15,449 nucleotides of DNA, taken from assembly GCF_035285525.1 (NCBI RefSeq), contig NZ_JAYKGW010000116.1:1-15449 (forward strand). The letters are read 5' to 3'. The notes beneath the pieces were generated by a model. That model searched no databases. It saw only the letters and a program-made list of their open reading frames with translations, and had not been told where the DNA came from. Positions 14,676 to 15,449 of the stretch are shown here, piece after piece (position 1 is the first letter of the stretch; the number at the start of each line of letters is the position of its first letter). Source of the stretch: Okeania sp. (GTDB taxonomy: Bacteria > Cyanobacteriota > Cyanobacteriia > Cyanobacteriales > Microcoleaceae). A program made the position numbers and the translations under genes.

Positions 14676-15239
14676 ATGAAATATAATCCTAATTTTCATA
14701 ATCGTCAGTCAATTCGTTTAAAAGGATATGATTATAGCCAAGAAGGTTTCTATTTTGTTACCATTTGTATTTGGCAAAAAGAATGTTTATTAGGGGTTGT
14801 TGATAATCAAGAAATGTTTTTAAATAAGTATGGTGAAATTGTTAATTCTAATTGGTTTAATTTAAAAAAAGTTTATCCTTACATCAATCTTGATGCTTTT
14901 ATTGTTATGCCGAATCATATTCATGGAATTATTGAAATAACAGATGATAATCAACATCACACAAGACATGGTTTACCTGAAATTATTAGAGCGTTAAAAA
15001 CTTTTTCAGCCCGTAGAATTAATCGGTTACGACAAATGAAAGGTGTTCCGGTGTGGCAAAGAGGATATTATGAACACATTATCAGAAATGAAACATCATT
15101 AAATAGTATCAGAGAGTATATTTTTAATAATCCATTTAATTGGTGCAATGATGAAATTTATACAGAAAATTTATTTTCATTTCCTAAACAATTTAATATA
15201 AAAGGAATAGGAAATGTGATTAATAACCAAAAAAATTAA
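14676..15239 (+). CDS. rayT: REP-associated tyrosine transposase (RAYT; IS200-like Y1/HUH transposase, COG1943 type)
   Basis: 187-aa ORF. It has the N-terminal R..RLKGYDYS..G.YFVT.C pattern, the HUH motif in MPNHIHGIIEI and the catalytic-Tyr region WQRGYYEHIIRNE. The gene is bracketed by inverted GTAGGGG(C/T)(A/G)GGTT hairpin repeats. There is no tnpB or other IS partner. Confidence 0.85.
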   Translation: MKYNPNFHNRQSIRLKGYDYSQEGFYFVTICIWQKECLLGVVDNQEMFLNKYGEIVNSNWFNLKKVYPYINLDAFIVMPNHIHGIIEITDDNQHHTRHGLPEIIRALKTFSARRINRLRQMKGVPVWQRGYYEHIIRNETSLNSIREYIFNNPFNWCNDEIYTENLFSFPKQFNIKGIGNVINNQKN

Positions 15240-15449
15240 TCCGTAGGGGTGGGTTTCTCCAGAAAATTACGATACTTGAAAATAAGCTAAATCAACCCAC
15301 CCCCACACCACCATAAATTCCCAAAAATTAATCCGTAGGGGTGGGTTTCTCCAGAAAATTATGATACTTAAAAATAAGCTAAATCAACTCATCCCCTATT
15401 ACCATAAATTCCATAAAAATTAATCCGTAGGGGTGGGTTTCTCCAGAAA
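15231..15449. repeat. 92-bp tandem repeat, about 2.4 copies and truncated by the window end, of a REP-like hairpin (GTAGGGGTGGGTTTCTCCAGAAAATTA...CAACCCACCCCC)
   Basis: Copies start at 15231, 15323 and 15415. The first copy contains the rayT stop codon (15237-15239). The loop sequence CCAGAAA(A)TT resembles the GC-type elements at 4689 and 6873. Confidence 0.9.

Noticed and set aside
14676-15239. Interpreting the ORF as an active IS200/IS605 insertion sequence
   Set aside because: There is no tnpB/accessory ORF and there are no asymmetric subterminal IS-end hairpins. The flanks are instead multi-copy GTAG-type hairpin arrays, which fits the RAYT/REP pattern better. A phylogenetic check is still needed.

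Overview
This window looks like chromosomal DNA from a filamentous, probably Nostocales, cyanobacterium. The evidence is at least 7 HIP1 octamers (GCGATCGC at 1709, 3422, 3534, 6059, 6583, 7777, 9321), STRR-like heptamer arrays at gene boundaries, and AT-rich coding sequence. There are eight credible CDSs. Six are on the minus strand: a peptidoglycan-binding/C39-like protein, a choice-of-anchor-L PEP-CTERM protein, an M16 metallopeptidase, an inositol-monophosphatase-family protein, a 1017-aa UPF0182 membrane protein and a sensor histidine kinase. Two are on the plus strand: a CrtD-like carotenoid desaturase and a RAYT-type (IS200-like HUH/Y1) transposase. I saw no tRNA, rRNA, CRISPR or cas genes. 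The genes are housekeeping-like and show no obvious operon logic. The unusual content is in the intergenic DNA, where nearly every spacer is filled with nested repeat families. The main lead is the intact RAYT gene at 14676-15239. It is bracketed by tandem arrays of GTAG-initiated hairpin repeats: about 860 bp upstream and at least 220 bp downstream, running off the window. Sister copies of the same hairpin core sit at gene ends elsewhere in the window, and one supplies the stop codon of the crtD-like gene. Other observations include a palindromic 15-mer family (AGAAACCCGGTTTCT), a 91-bp MITE-like element present twice, repeat-derived C-termini, and a roughly 75-aa insertion inside the kinase ATP-binding domain. 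All homology calls come from motif recognition by eye, since no searches could be run.
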